DNA from: an uncultured Bacteroidales bacterium
Lineage (GTDB): Bacteria > Bacteroidota > Bacteroidia > Bacteroidales > UBA932
Direction: 5' to 3'
Length of the DNA: 64,000 nucleotides
NCBI GenBank assembly: GCA_905234475.1
Contig: CAJOHX010000026.1
Span: 1,338-65,337, forward strand
Numbering within the stretch: the stretch's first letter is position 1; every line of letters begins with the position of its first letter. Below the pieces are notes generated by a model, which was given only the letters and a program-made list of their open reading frames with translations, made no database searches and was not told the DNA's origin. Position numbers and translations under genes: made by a program. Of the stretch, positions 50,237 to 58,307 are shown one piece after another.

Positions 50237-50257
50237 ACTCGCGTCCATTGCCTGTGA

Positions 50258-50289
50258 GAAGCCCCGGCACGATGTCGTGCCGGGGCTTC
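50258..50289. terminator. Strong hairpin between the convergent pta and OMP genes
   Basis: Perfect 15-bp inverted repeat GAAGCCCCGGCACGA/TCGTGCCGGGGCTTC. Confidence 0.65.
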
Positions 50290-50348
50290 CTCTATGACCG
50301 GGGGGCGTTCCCCCCGGACCCCCTGCGTCGCGAAGCTCCGAAACCCTG

Positions 50349-50972
50349 TCAGAGTGCTATGCCCGCGTGAACCCCGATGTTGTAGGAGGAGAGAGTTAAA
50401 GGCAGGCAGAGACTGGGGCCGAAGAAGATGTTGGACTTGCCCCAGAGACGGATCGAGAAGCCGGGTTGCCAGATAATCCACCAACCCCATACGCCAGTTC
50501 TGGGATAGCCGTCACGTATATCACCGGTGACTTTGTAACTGTATTGCCCGCCGCCCAGCAGGTCGCTGTAGAAAGAAAAACGGCGGCTCCTGTCCAACGG
50601 GAAATAATGACGGTGATAGAGGAAGAATTCCATGTCATAAACATGGGCGGGATTCGCATCGACAAAAGTTGAGCCCCGGCCGGCCCCCAGGCCGAATACT
50701 TTGTTGGGACTGGTCCGGATGCCGAGGGTCAGATCGTAGGATCCATGGTATATCATCATGTTGGCCCTGATGCTGAATTCCGCTTTCCAGTTCTTCCGAC
50801 CCTCAGCGGACAGGTGCGCCTTGACCGCCTCAAAATAGTCCCGGGCGAGGAAGTTGGGCGTGTCGAAATCCAGTTTCTCCCCCACGACGGTGGAGGTCGT
50901 GTCGGCGACCTGCTGTGCAGCGGCCGGCAGGGCGGCCAGTATGGCCAGAGCAATGATTATCAAGCGTTTCAT
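50349..50972 (-). CDS. Exported protein, probable small outer-membrane beta-barrel
   Basis: Signal peptide, about eight amphipathic strands, C-terminal GVHAGIAL. Confidence 0.6.
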   Translation of the reverse strand: MKRLIIIALAILAALPAAAQQVADTTSTVVGEKLDFDTPNFLARDYFEAVKAHLSAEGRKNWKAEFSIRANMMIYHGSYDLTLGIRTSPNKVFGLGAGRGSTFVDANPAHVYDMEFFLYHRHYFPLDRSRRFSFYSDLLGGGQYSYKVTGDIRDGYPRTGVWGWWIIWQPGFSIRLWGKSNIFFGPSLCLPLTLSSYNIGVHAGIAL

Positions 50973-51430
50973 TCTTCCGTTTCGTTTTGCGGTTCAAACA
51001 TCGAGCGTAAATCTTCCATCGTAGCCATGCCCTCCAGGTAGAGGATGGTGACGACCCAGACGTCGTCCAGGACCTGGCGCGCCTGGTAGCAGAGATAACG
51101 GTTGGCCTTCCTGACGGACCGGGGCTGGATCAGGGCGTAGGTCAGCAGATCCCCGACCTTTTCCCGTTCGGCCGACACGGCGGCATCGGCGTCGGCCTCC
51201 ACCAGTGCGGCCACTTCGCGGACCATGGCGACACCGGTCTGGAACCGGACACTCTTGTAGTATTCCAGTTTGTAGTTGGTGATTTCCCCGCCGCGCACTT
51301 CCGTTACCTCCATCCATTTCTTGGGAATGATTTTCCCATTGAGCACCGATTTGGTGCTCAGCCCCCGCTGGGCGAAGGCGCTCCCCGCGAAAAGGATCAG
51401 CGCCGTCAGGCATAAAAGAATCTTTCTCAT
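50969..51430 (-). CDS. Exported hypothetical protein of the ECF cassette
   Basis: Signal peptide ending AFA-Q; YKLEYYKSV and ILYLEG motifs. Confidence 0.7.
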   Translation of the reverse strand: MRKILLCLTALILFAGSAFAQRGLSTKSVLNGKIIPKKWMEVTEVRGGEITNYKLEYYKSVRFQTGVAMVREVAALVEADADAAVSAEREKVGDLLTYALIQPRSVRKANRYLCYQARQVLDDVWVVTILYLEGMATMEDLRSMFEPQNETEE

Positions 51431-51795
51431 CGCTGGAACATTTCTTTGAGGGAATTCTCCACGCTTTCCATGATCAGCTCCTTGTCCGTGGTCGGCTGGC
51501 CGTAGGTGTAGCGTATGTACCGTTCGCCTTTGCCCCGGGGAGCGGAAAGCCCGATGACCAGCACAATGGCGATGCAGGCGGCTACGGCAGCCAGGGACCA
51601 GATGCGGACGGTCCTGGCCTGGCCGGCACGACGGGCCCGGCCCAGGGACAGGTAGCCCAGCACGCCCCGGAGCTCCTCGAAGTCCGGATCGTCCGTCCTC
51701 GCGGCATACCGGGCCAGGGCCCGCTCTTCCGCCGGCGTGGTCTCGGCCTCCCAGTAGCGCTGCATCAGGGCGGTATATTTCTCTTTATCTGTCAT
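51427..51795 (-). CDS. Probable anti-sigma membrane protein
   Basis: LMQRYWEAETTPAEERAL N-terminal helix pair plus one TM, directly after the sigma gene. Confidence 0.7.
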   Translation of the reverse strand: MTDKEKYTALMQRYWEAETTPAEERALARYAARTDDPDFEELRGVLGYLSLGRARRAGQARTVRIWSLAAVAACIAIVLVIGLSAPRGKGERYIRYTYGQPTTDKELIMESVENSLKEMFQR

Positions 51796-52264
51796 CGTTC
51801 AGTGCGTTTTTAAGTGTTTTCCGGGCGCGGGAGAGTTGCATCCTCACCGCTGCGGGCTCCATGCCCAGTTCTTTGGCTATGTCCTCCAGGGTCCTCCCGC
51901 CGTATTCCTTTTCTTCCAGGATATACCGTTGTGTCCGTGTCAGTTCGGATTCAATCTTCCGGTGCATTTCAGCGTAGGCGTTTTCCCTGTCGGCAGCGTC
52001 GGGCGGGTCATCCGCGATATCCGTTTCCAGCGGTACCGCCCGCTTTCGGCGGCGTTCGTTGAGGCTGGCGTTCCGGACCGTCCTGGCCAGCAGGGCTTCG
52101 GCTTCCTGTTCCGAGTGCAGCGGGTACTGCCGTCGCCAAAGGCGCACAAAGCTGTCCTGCAGGATATCCTCGGCGCCGTCCGCATCGGACAGCACCCGCA
52201 TGGATATTCCCTTCAGCTTCTGCCGAAGCCGGACGAACGCCTCTATCAGATAGTCTTTAGCCAT
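51785..52264 (-). CDS. ECF RNA polymerase sigma factor
   Basis: AEDILQDSFVRLW (region 2) and EDIAKELGM...VRMQLSRARK (region 4). Confidence 0.9.
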   Translation of the reverse strand: MAKDYLIEAFVRLRQKLKGISMRVLSDADGAEDILQDSFVRLWRRQYPLHSEQEAEALLARTVRNASLNERRRKRAVPLETDIADDPPDAADRENAYAEMHRKIESELTRTQRYILEEKEYGGRTLEDIAKELGMEPAAVRMQLSRARKTLKNALNDDR

Positions 52265-52301
52265 GGCCACTGCAATCCATTAAGCATGCTTCTACCCTAA
52301 T

Positions 52302-52327
52302 AACACGCGGATACCGCGAATGTAACA
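52302..52327 (-). promoter_or_regulatory. Candidate ECF promoter TGTTAC-N16-TGTT
   Basis: Minus-strand TGTTACATTCGCGGTATCCGCGTGTT upstream of the sigma gene. Confidence 0.5.
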
Positions 52328-52328
52328 A

Positions 52329-52358
52329 AAAAATCGCCGACCGAAGCCGGCGATTTTT
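52329..52358 (-). terminator. Terminator after the GIN-domain gene
   Basis: AAAAATCGCCG-N8-CGGCGATTTTT. Confidence 0.75.
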
Positions 52359-52364
52359 GTCTTT

Positions 52365-52448
52365 CCGGGAGCGCTGGAGGGTCTATTTGCTCCTGGCGGA
52401 CTGTTTTTTTGGCTCCCGGGAGCGCTGAAAGCCCGTTTTGCTCCCGGC
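52365..52448. repeat. Two direct copies (51-nt period) of a palindromic CCGGGAGC...GCTCC(T/C)GG unit
   Basis: CCGGGAGCGCTG at 52365 and 52416, each closed by TTTGCTCC(T/C)GGC. Confidence 0.65.
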
Positions 52449-52454
52449 AACACG

Positions 52455-53356
52455 TTAGTAGCGCGTGAGCGAGGCGCCGCGGGAGACGGAGTGCGTGGAG
52501 ACGCGGACGGCGTCGGTGGCGTGGTAGCGGCAGGAGGCGGCGCCGGAGAGGTTGGCGCGTCGCACTTGGCGGCGCCGGAGAGCTGGATGCTGACGTCGCG
52601 CGAGGGTGCCATGGCGGCGTCGATCTTGGCGGCGCCGGAGCCGCCGATGCGCAGCTCCGTGGCGGAGCCTTCGAAATCGAGGCTGGCGGCGCCGGAGGCG
52701 TTGACGCCGACTTTGCCGGCCTTGCCGTCCCAGTCAAGCTTGGCGCTGCCGGACATGAGCAGCTCGGCGGCCTTCGGGGAGGCCTCCAGCTTGCCGTTGG
52801 CCGCGCCGGAAAGCGCACAGTCCACACGGTCGAAATCGCCCTTCAGGTCGAACTTGGCGGCGCCGCTGCAATCGATGTCGGCGTCGGTCGCCCGGACAGA
52901 CAGGCCGCGGGCCGACGTGGCTCCGCTGAGCCGCAGGGTGAACTTGTTGTTCTTGTGCTGGAATTCATCCTTGGCCGTGAGGCTCGCCGCACCGGACATC
53001 TTGAGGGTAAGCAGCTCGGGCATCGACACGGCGGCCCGGACCTCGTTGCGACCGTTCTCGACCTTCCGCCTGACGTCGCGCGGCAGGTCGCGAACCTCCA
53101 GGCAGAGGATCCCGCCCCTGACTTCGATCCTCAGGTAGGGAAGGATGAAATCCGGCGCGTCGATGCTCACGGAATAGTGGCTGGCGCGGGTGAGCTCCAC
53201 TTTGTAGATCCAGGAGATGTCCAGCCCGTCGAAATTGCGGAGTTTGTATTCCCGGGTCTCCCGGGTGTCCATGCTCTCCGGCTCTGCGGCGCGGGACGCC
53301 GGGATGGGGAGGAGGGCCATGACGGCCGCTGCAAGAAGGGTAATCAGTTTTTTCAT
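52455..53356 (-). CDS. Head GIN domain (DUF2807) protein, frameshifted near 52557 as assembled
   Basis: Signal peptide and many xxSGA(A/T/S)x repeats. The repeat resumes as ANLSGAASCRY...TRY* in a second frame ending at TAA 52455. Confidence 0.82.
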
Positions 53357-53360
53357 GTCG

Positions 53361-53870
53361 TTATCTGTTTTTTAATTGTTGTACGCCATCAAGAAGGTCG
53401 CCGTAGTAGGCCTTGAGGATGCGGGCCTGGCGGCGCGGGGAGAGCCCGTCGGGGAGCTGCTCGTACAGGCTGACGGACTCTTCGGTCAGCTCGTCCAGGG
53501 CACTCTCCCAGTCGTAGCCGTCTTCCCAGGGGAAAGTGAGATAGGCCTTTTCGACCTGCGCGAGATAGGAGCGGTACACCCGTTCGGGGTTGTTGGGCAC
53601 GCCCAGGAAATGGTGCGACGTCCCCGGGCGGAAGACCACCAGCGCGACGGCCAGGGCCGCCAGGGCAAAAGCCCAGGCGAGGGGGCGGAAAAACCGGGGC
53701 CGGGGATTCCGGGTCAAGCCCGGAATGACGGATCCTTCGGCAGGCTCAGGATGAAAGGCCTGTGGAGTAGCGTCCACCCGGGCGAGGAAACGCTCCTCGT
53801 GGCCGGAGGCGGGCTCCGCCGTGTCGAATTGGGCCGCATGTTCGCGGATGTATGTCTCCAGATCGTTCAT
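53361..53870 (-). CDS. Probable anti-sigma membrane protein
   Basis: LETYIREHAAQFDTAEPASGHEERFLAR motif plus one TM, after the sigma gene. Confidence 0.72.
   Translation of the reverse strand: MNDLETYIREHAAQFDTAEPASGHEERFLARVDATPQAFHPEPAEGSVIPGLTRNPRPRFFRPLAWAFALAALAVALVVFRPGTSHHFLGVPNNPERVYRSYLAQVEKAYLTFPWEDGYDWESALDELTEESVSLYEQLPDGLSPRRQARILKAYYGDLLDGVQQLKNR
53705..53754. repeat. Two adjacent REP-like palindromes inside the anti-sigma CDS
   Basis: GATTCCGGGTCAAGCCCGGAATGAC + GATCCTTCGGCAGGCTCAGGATGA; encodes HPEPAEGSVIPGLTRNP. Confidence 0.78.
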
Positions 53871-54373
53871 ATATTCTTCTTCAATAAGTCAATCAGTTTT
53901 TGCCGGCCCCGGGCGTACAGCGACCGGAGGGTGGTCTCCTTGCGGCCGGTCAGGGCGGCGATCTCGCCGTAGTCCAGGCCTTCGATGAGCACGAGGTTCA
54001 GTACCAGCCGGTAGGGCTCCTGCAGCGCGTCCATCGCGGAGCGGATCTGCTCGATGCCGGGAGGTTCGCCGGCGAATGACGGTCCTTCGGCAGGCTCAGG
54101 ACCCAGCCCCTGCTCCCGGGCGTAGTCCTCCAGGAAGGCATCCCGGGTGTGGCGGCGGCGCAGCCGGTCGATGGAGGCGCGGATGCAGGTGCGGGCCAGC
54201 CAGGCGGAGACCTGGGCGGAGGAGGAGAAGGAGCCGGGGGAAGTGATGTACTTCATGATTGTGTCCTGCATCACCTCTTCCGCCTCGTCCGAATCCCGGA
54301 GGATACGAAGGCTGATGTTGTACAGCCGCCGGTGGTGTGTCCTGTAGAATTCGGTGATCTCCTGTCGTGTCAT
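53867..54373 (-). CDS. ECF RNA polymerase sigma factor
   Basis: LYNISLRIL...AEEVMQDT, AWLAR and EGLDYGEIA...RSLYARGR motifs. Confidence 0.9.
   Translation of the reverse strand: MTRQEITEFYRTHHRRLYNISLRILRDSDEAEEVMQDTIMKYITSPGSFSSSAQVSAWLARTCIRASIDRLRRRHTRDAFLEDYAREQGLGPEPAEGPSFAGEPPGIEQIRSAMDALQEPYRLVLNLVLIEGLDYGEIAALTGRKETTLRSLYARGRQKLIDLLKKNI
54065..54103. repeat. REP-like palindromes inside the sigma CDS
   Basis: TTCGCCGGCGAATGAC + GGTCCTTCGGCAGGCTCAGGACC; 19 nt identical to 53733-53751. Confidence 0.75.
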
Positions 54374-54395
54374 TTCTTACTCACTCTGCCTTTAT

Positions 54396-54421
54396 AACGC
54401 AGAAACACCCGGATTGTTGCA
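54396..54421 (-). promoter_or_regulatory. Candidate ECF autoregulatory promoter TGCAAC-N16-CGTT
   Basis: Fits the generic ECF AAC...CGT pattern; lies 22 nt upstream of the sigma start. Confidence 0.6.
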
Positions 54422-54433
54422 ATCTCCGGGTGA

Positions 54434-54967
54434 TTATTTTTCAAAAAAACTGAAATGGACGCGTCCGTAAGTCTTTTCCTTCTTGAAGAGGGGATGGTCC
54501 GCGAAGCTGTATTCGTCGCCGTGCTCCAGGATGAAATAGCAGCCGGGATGGAGCAGGTCGCGCGACAGGACCTTGTCCGGGAGGGTGTCCAGCCCCTCCA
54601 GGGCGTAGGGCGGATCAGCGAAGATGATGTCGAACTTCTCCCGGCAGATGGGCAGGAAATCGAAGACATTGGCGTGGACGGCCGTGACGTTGTCCAGGCC
54701 GAGCCGGGCGGCCTCGCGCCGGATGAAGGCGGCGTGGTCGCGGTTCATCTCCACGCAATACACGCGTGCGGCCCCGCGCGACGCGAATTCATAGGAGACG
54801 GCGCCGGTGCCGCCGAAAAGGTCGAGCACCTGCAGGTCTTCGAATTCGTATTCATTGTTCAGGATATTGAAAAGGCCCTCCCGCGCGAAATCCGTGGTGG
54901 GCCGGGCGCCGTACCCCATGGGGGGCAGGATGGGTTTGCCTTTGAGGCGGCCGCCGATGATTCTCAT
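54434..54967 (-). CDS. rsmD: 16S rRNA m2G966 methyltransferase
   Basis: MRIIGG, RPTTDFAREGLFN, LDLFGGTG and DPPY motifs. Confidence 0.93.
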   Translation of the reverse strand: MRIIGGRLKGKPILPPMGYGARPTTDFAREGLFNILNNEYEFEDLQVLDLFGGTGAVSYEFASRGAARVYCVEMNRDHAAFIRREAARLGLDNVTAVHANVFDFLPICREKFDIIFADPPYALEGLDTLPDKVLSRDLLHPGCYFILEHGDEYSFADHPLFKKEKTYGRVHFSFFEK

Positions 54968-55422
54968 AGGTACTCGACGGCCTTGAAATACCGGTACAGG
55001 GCCATCTCGTCCTCCGCATCCAGTTGGGACAGCCAGCAGATGGTGGAGATCTCCGGATTGAGCTGGAGGGAATTCAGCGACAGGAAGATGTAGTACTCCG
55101 CCGTAGTGAAGTCGCGGGCGGGGAAGCTGTTGGCGAGCAGCAGGCTCTTGCCCTGGGCCACGGCCAGGTAGAGCCGGTCGTCCAGCAGGCCGCAGAGGAT
55201 CTTGTTGTACTCCGGACAGTCGGGCAGCCGGGACAGGATGGCGTAGATGGGCGGGGTGTCATCAACGACACTGTCCCCGTCTTTGTCATAGACGAGGACA
55301 GCATCGTATTGCGGTATGTCGAGGTATTCGACGGTCGCACCCTCCTTCAAAGTCCCAACCTCAGCGAGCGCTTCACGCGCTGCCGCAGGGTTGAAGAACT
55401 GGGAGGGGACGAGGGTGAACAC
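54964..55422 (-). CDS. DUF3822 family protein
   Basis: FTLVP and LLLANSF motifs; directly upstream of rsmD. Confidence 0.7.
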   Translation of the reverse strand: MFTLVPSQFFNPAAAREALAEVGTLKEGATVEYLDIPQYDAVLVYDKDGDSVVDDTPPIYAILSRLPDCPEYNKILCGLLDDRLYLAVAQGKSLLLANSFPARDFTTAEYYIFLSLNSLQLNPEISTICWLSQLDAEDEMALYRYFKAVEYL

Positions 55423-56123
55423 TACTCCCAGTTGCCTGCGTTGTTGTTCGGGGCGGTGATGGAACCGACCTGCAGACCTTCGTAGCGGTTGAGGTCACGC
55501 ATCTCGGCGTCGAGGTTGATGCGGAGCTGGTTGTCCATTCCCTTGAGGAGGGACTTCCAGGGGATGCGGGCCTCGAAGAGCGGGACGTCCACGCCGGAGA
55601 CCTTCTTGGTGACGGATTCCATCTGGATGGGCTCCTTGCCGGAGAACGGGATGTACTTGAGGGAGTCGATGCAGAAATCCGGGCGGTTGAGGAACAGGGT
55701 GTCGCGGACCGGAATCTTGGTCACGGTGGAGAACACCACCTTCTGTCCGGCGGCATAGGCTTCCTGCAGTTTGGCGGTCAGCTGGTCAGCCTTGAGCTTG
55801 CGGTTCGCTTTCTTGATGGCCTCGGTGTTGATGACGGCGAGGGAGTCGTCCATGGAGCCGACCTGCATCACGATCTCCATCTGGCCGTTCTCATAGAACT
55901 GCTTCAGGGAGTCGACGGAGGAATTGAACTTGCCCGTGACGGACTTGTACGCGACCTGCAGGGTGCGGATGTCCTTGAGGCGCTGCACGGCGACAGCCTT
56001 GCGGCTCTCCATCTCCTTGTTGAAGTTGACCGGTTTCATGATGTTGCTGTAAAGCAGATACACCAGGCCGACGATGGCGGCGAGCAGGATAACTTCAGCG
56101 ATGATCTTAATTACTTTGTTCAT
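55422..56123 (-). CDS. Conserved Bacteroidota hypothetical protein with an N-terminal TM
   Basis: RLKDIRTLQ, SLKYIPFS and VGS...NNAGNWE motifs. Confidence 0.8.
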   Translation of the reverse strand: MNKVIKIIAEVILLAAIVGLVYLLYSNIMKPVNFNKEMESRKAVAVQRLKDIRTLQVAYKSVTGKFNSSVDSLKQFYENGQMEIVMQVGSMDDSLAVINTEAIKKANRKLKADQLTAKLQEAYAAGQKVVFSTVTKIPVRDTLFLNRPDFCIDSLKYIPFSGKEPIQMESVTKKVSGVDVPLFEARIPWKSLLKGMDNQLRINLDAEMRDLNRYEGLQVGSITAPNNNAGNWE

Positions 56124-56232
56124 TGTATTGGTTAGTTTTATTTGATATATCTATCCAAAGTCCCACAAAGTTATGAAAATGATTTATCAAATGCAATATT
56201 CTTATTAAATTTGCGGAAGATTTTTTGAGGAG

Positions 56233-57273
56233 ATGCAAGCACCCGCACCGGCAGACATTTTGCGCCTGGAGGCGTTTCTCGCGGCAGCGAGGCGCGTTGC
56301 CGTGGTCGTCCACACGCACCCCGACGGGGATGCGCTCGGGAGCGGCGCGGCGCTGCTCTCTTACCTGCGCAGCTGCCGCGGGGCCGACGCCCGCCTGCTG
56401 CTGCCGGACACGCCCCCGGACAACCTGGCGTTCCTGCTTCCCGCGGAAGGGGTGATCGACGCCGCCCGCGACCGGACGGCGGCCGAAGCCTGGCTCGCCC
56501 AGTGCGACCTGCTGTGCACCCTGGACATGAACGGCTTCAGCCGGGCGGAGGCGCTCGAGGCGCCGCTGTGCGCCTGCCGCGCCCCCAAGGTGCTGGTCGA
56601 CCACCATCTGCGTCCGGAGCGGGAGGCCTTCGACCTCGTGTTCAGCGAGACGGAGATCTCCTCCGCCAGCGAGCTGCTCTACCGGGTCCTGCTGGCCCTG
56701 CCGGACGTCGGCAGCGCCGACAAACTGCCCCTGGAGGTGCTCACGCCGCTGATGGCCGGGATGACCACGGACACCAACAATTTCGCCAACTCCGTGTATC
56801 CGACCACCCTGCAGATGGCTTCCGAGCTGCTTGCCGCGGGGGTGGACCGCGATGCGTTACTTGATAAGCTCTACCATTGCTACCGGGAGAACCGCCTGCG
56901 TGCGATGGGCGCCATGCTGCACGAGCGCATGGTGATTACCCCGGAGGGGGTGGCCTGCACCGTGCTCGACCGGGCGTTCCTGGAGCGCTTCGGCCTGCAG
57001 GACGGGGAGACGGAAGGGTTCGTGAATCTGCCGCTCGGCATCGGGCGCGTGCGGATGAGCATCTTCCTGCGCGAGGACGAGGGGCATTTCCGGGTGTCGA
57101 TCCGCTCCAAGGAGGGCGTGTCGGCGAACCGCCTGGCCACGGAAGCCTTCCACGGAGGCGGCCACGAGTGCGCCGCCGGCGGCAAGGTATTCTACCCGCA
57201 GGACATCGCGACCCCGGACCTGGCCGGGGAATACATTCAGGCCGTGGCGGCACGATTTATGCGGAAAAAGTAA
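56233..57273 (+). CDS. nrnA: DHH/DHHA1 phosphoesterase (NrnA-like)
   Basis: HTHPDGDALGS, VDHH, TDT, SIRS and GGGHECAAG motifs. Confidence 0.88.
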   Translation: MQAPAPADILRLEAFLAAARRVAVVVHTHPDGDALGSGAALLSYLRSCRGADARLLLPDTPPDNLAFLLPAEGVIDAARDRTAAEAWLAQCDLLCTLDMNGFSRAEALEAPLCACRAPKVLVDHHLRPEREAFDLVFSETEISSASELLYRVLLALPDVGSADKLPLEVLTPLMAGMTTDTNNFANSVYPTTLQMASELLAAGVDRDALLDKLYHCYRENRLRAMGAMLHERMVITPEGVACTVLDRAFLERFGLQDGETEGFVNLPLGIGRVRMSIFLREDEGHFRVSIRSKEGVSANRLATEAFHGGGHECAAGGKVFYPQDIATPDLAGEYIQAVAARFMRKK

Positions 57274-58302
57274 ATGAAAATGAAGAAAACGACACTATAT
57301 TTAGTATTGGCGGCGCTATTGTGCTGCGGATGCGCCAAGGTCGCCAAGACGGGGCTCAATGACGCGAACAAGCGCTATCTCGACGCGTGGATCCAGGTGA
57401 ATCACCCGGGTGCCGCGCAGACCGCCCTCGGCTCCTATATTCTCGAAGACGTTCCCGGCACGGGCACGCTCGCCGGCGCGGCTGACGACAACGGCTTCGT
57501 GCGCCTGGAATACACGGTCCGCACCATGGAGGGCTCCGTCCAGAGCGCCTGCACGGAGCAATGGGCCAAGCAGCTGGGCACCTACGACCATACGACTTAC
57601 TATGGCCCGGTCATCTGGCAGCGGGGCAAGAATCTCCTTGCGCCCGGCCTGGACGACGCCCTGGAGAGCATGCGCGAAGGCGGCAGCCGCACCCTGCTCA
57701 TCCCGGGCTGGCTGCTGAGCACGACGAAATACTACAAGACGGAGAAGGAGTACCGCGACAATATCAGCGGCACCTCGGGCATCTACGAACTCAGGCTCTG
57801 CGACGTCATTCCGGATATCCAGAAATGGGAAACGGACTCCGTCGGCCGCTATGTCGCCCGCGTTTTCCCCGGTAAGACGGTGCGGGATTCCCTCCAATAC
57901 GGGTTCTACTATTTCCGGACGGGCGAGCCGTCGAGCACCGCGGAGTTCAAGACGGACACGACCATCTATGTCAACTACATCCTGCGCCTGCTGAACGGCA
58001 AGGTCGTGGACACCAACGTCCGCGACACCGCCGCATTCTACGACATCTATTCCTCGTCGAGGGAATACGGCCCCACTTCAATCAAATGGTTCAGCAAGGA
58101 CGGCACCTACAAGGACATCAAGTTCGGCAGTTCTTCCGGCGCGATCGAGGGCTTCCAGCTTGCGCTTTCCAAGATGCACCCGCATGAGAAGGGCACGACG
58201 GTGTTCTATTCCGGACTGGGCTACAAGTATTCGGGGTCCGGCTCCACTATCCCGTCCTATTCGCCGCTGCGCTTCGACTTCGAAATCGTCGATAAACCCT
58301 GA
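57274..58302 (+). CDS. Lipoprotein with two FKBP-type PPIase domains
   Basis: Lipobox CCGC; GLDDALESMREG and IEGFQLAL...IPSYSPLRFDFEI motifs. Confidence 0.82.
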   Translation: MKMKKTTLYLVLAALLCCGCAKVAKTGLNDANKRYLDAWIQVNHPGAAQTALGSYILEDVPGTGTLAGAADDNGFVRLEYTVRTMEGSVQSACTEQWAKQLGTYDHTTYYGPVIWQRGKNLLAPGLDDALESMREGGSRTLLIPGWLLSTTKYYKTEKEYRDNISGTSGIYELRLCDVIPDIQKWETDSVGRYVARVFPGKTVRDSLQYGFYYFRTGEPSSTAEFKTDTTIYVNYILRLLNGKVVDTNVRDTAAFYDIYSSSREYGPTSIKWFSKDGTYKDIKFGSSSGAIEGFQLALSKMHPHEKGTTVFYSGLGYKYSGSGSTIPSYSPLRFDFEIVDKP

Positions 58303-58307
58303 CGCTG

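Noticed and set aside
52292-52557. Pro-rich C-terminal tail of ORF 52292-53356
   Set aside because: It is the out-of-frame product after the frameshift. It runs through the repeat doublet and terminator, and the real end is TAA at 52455.
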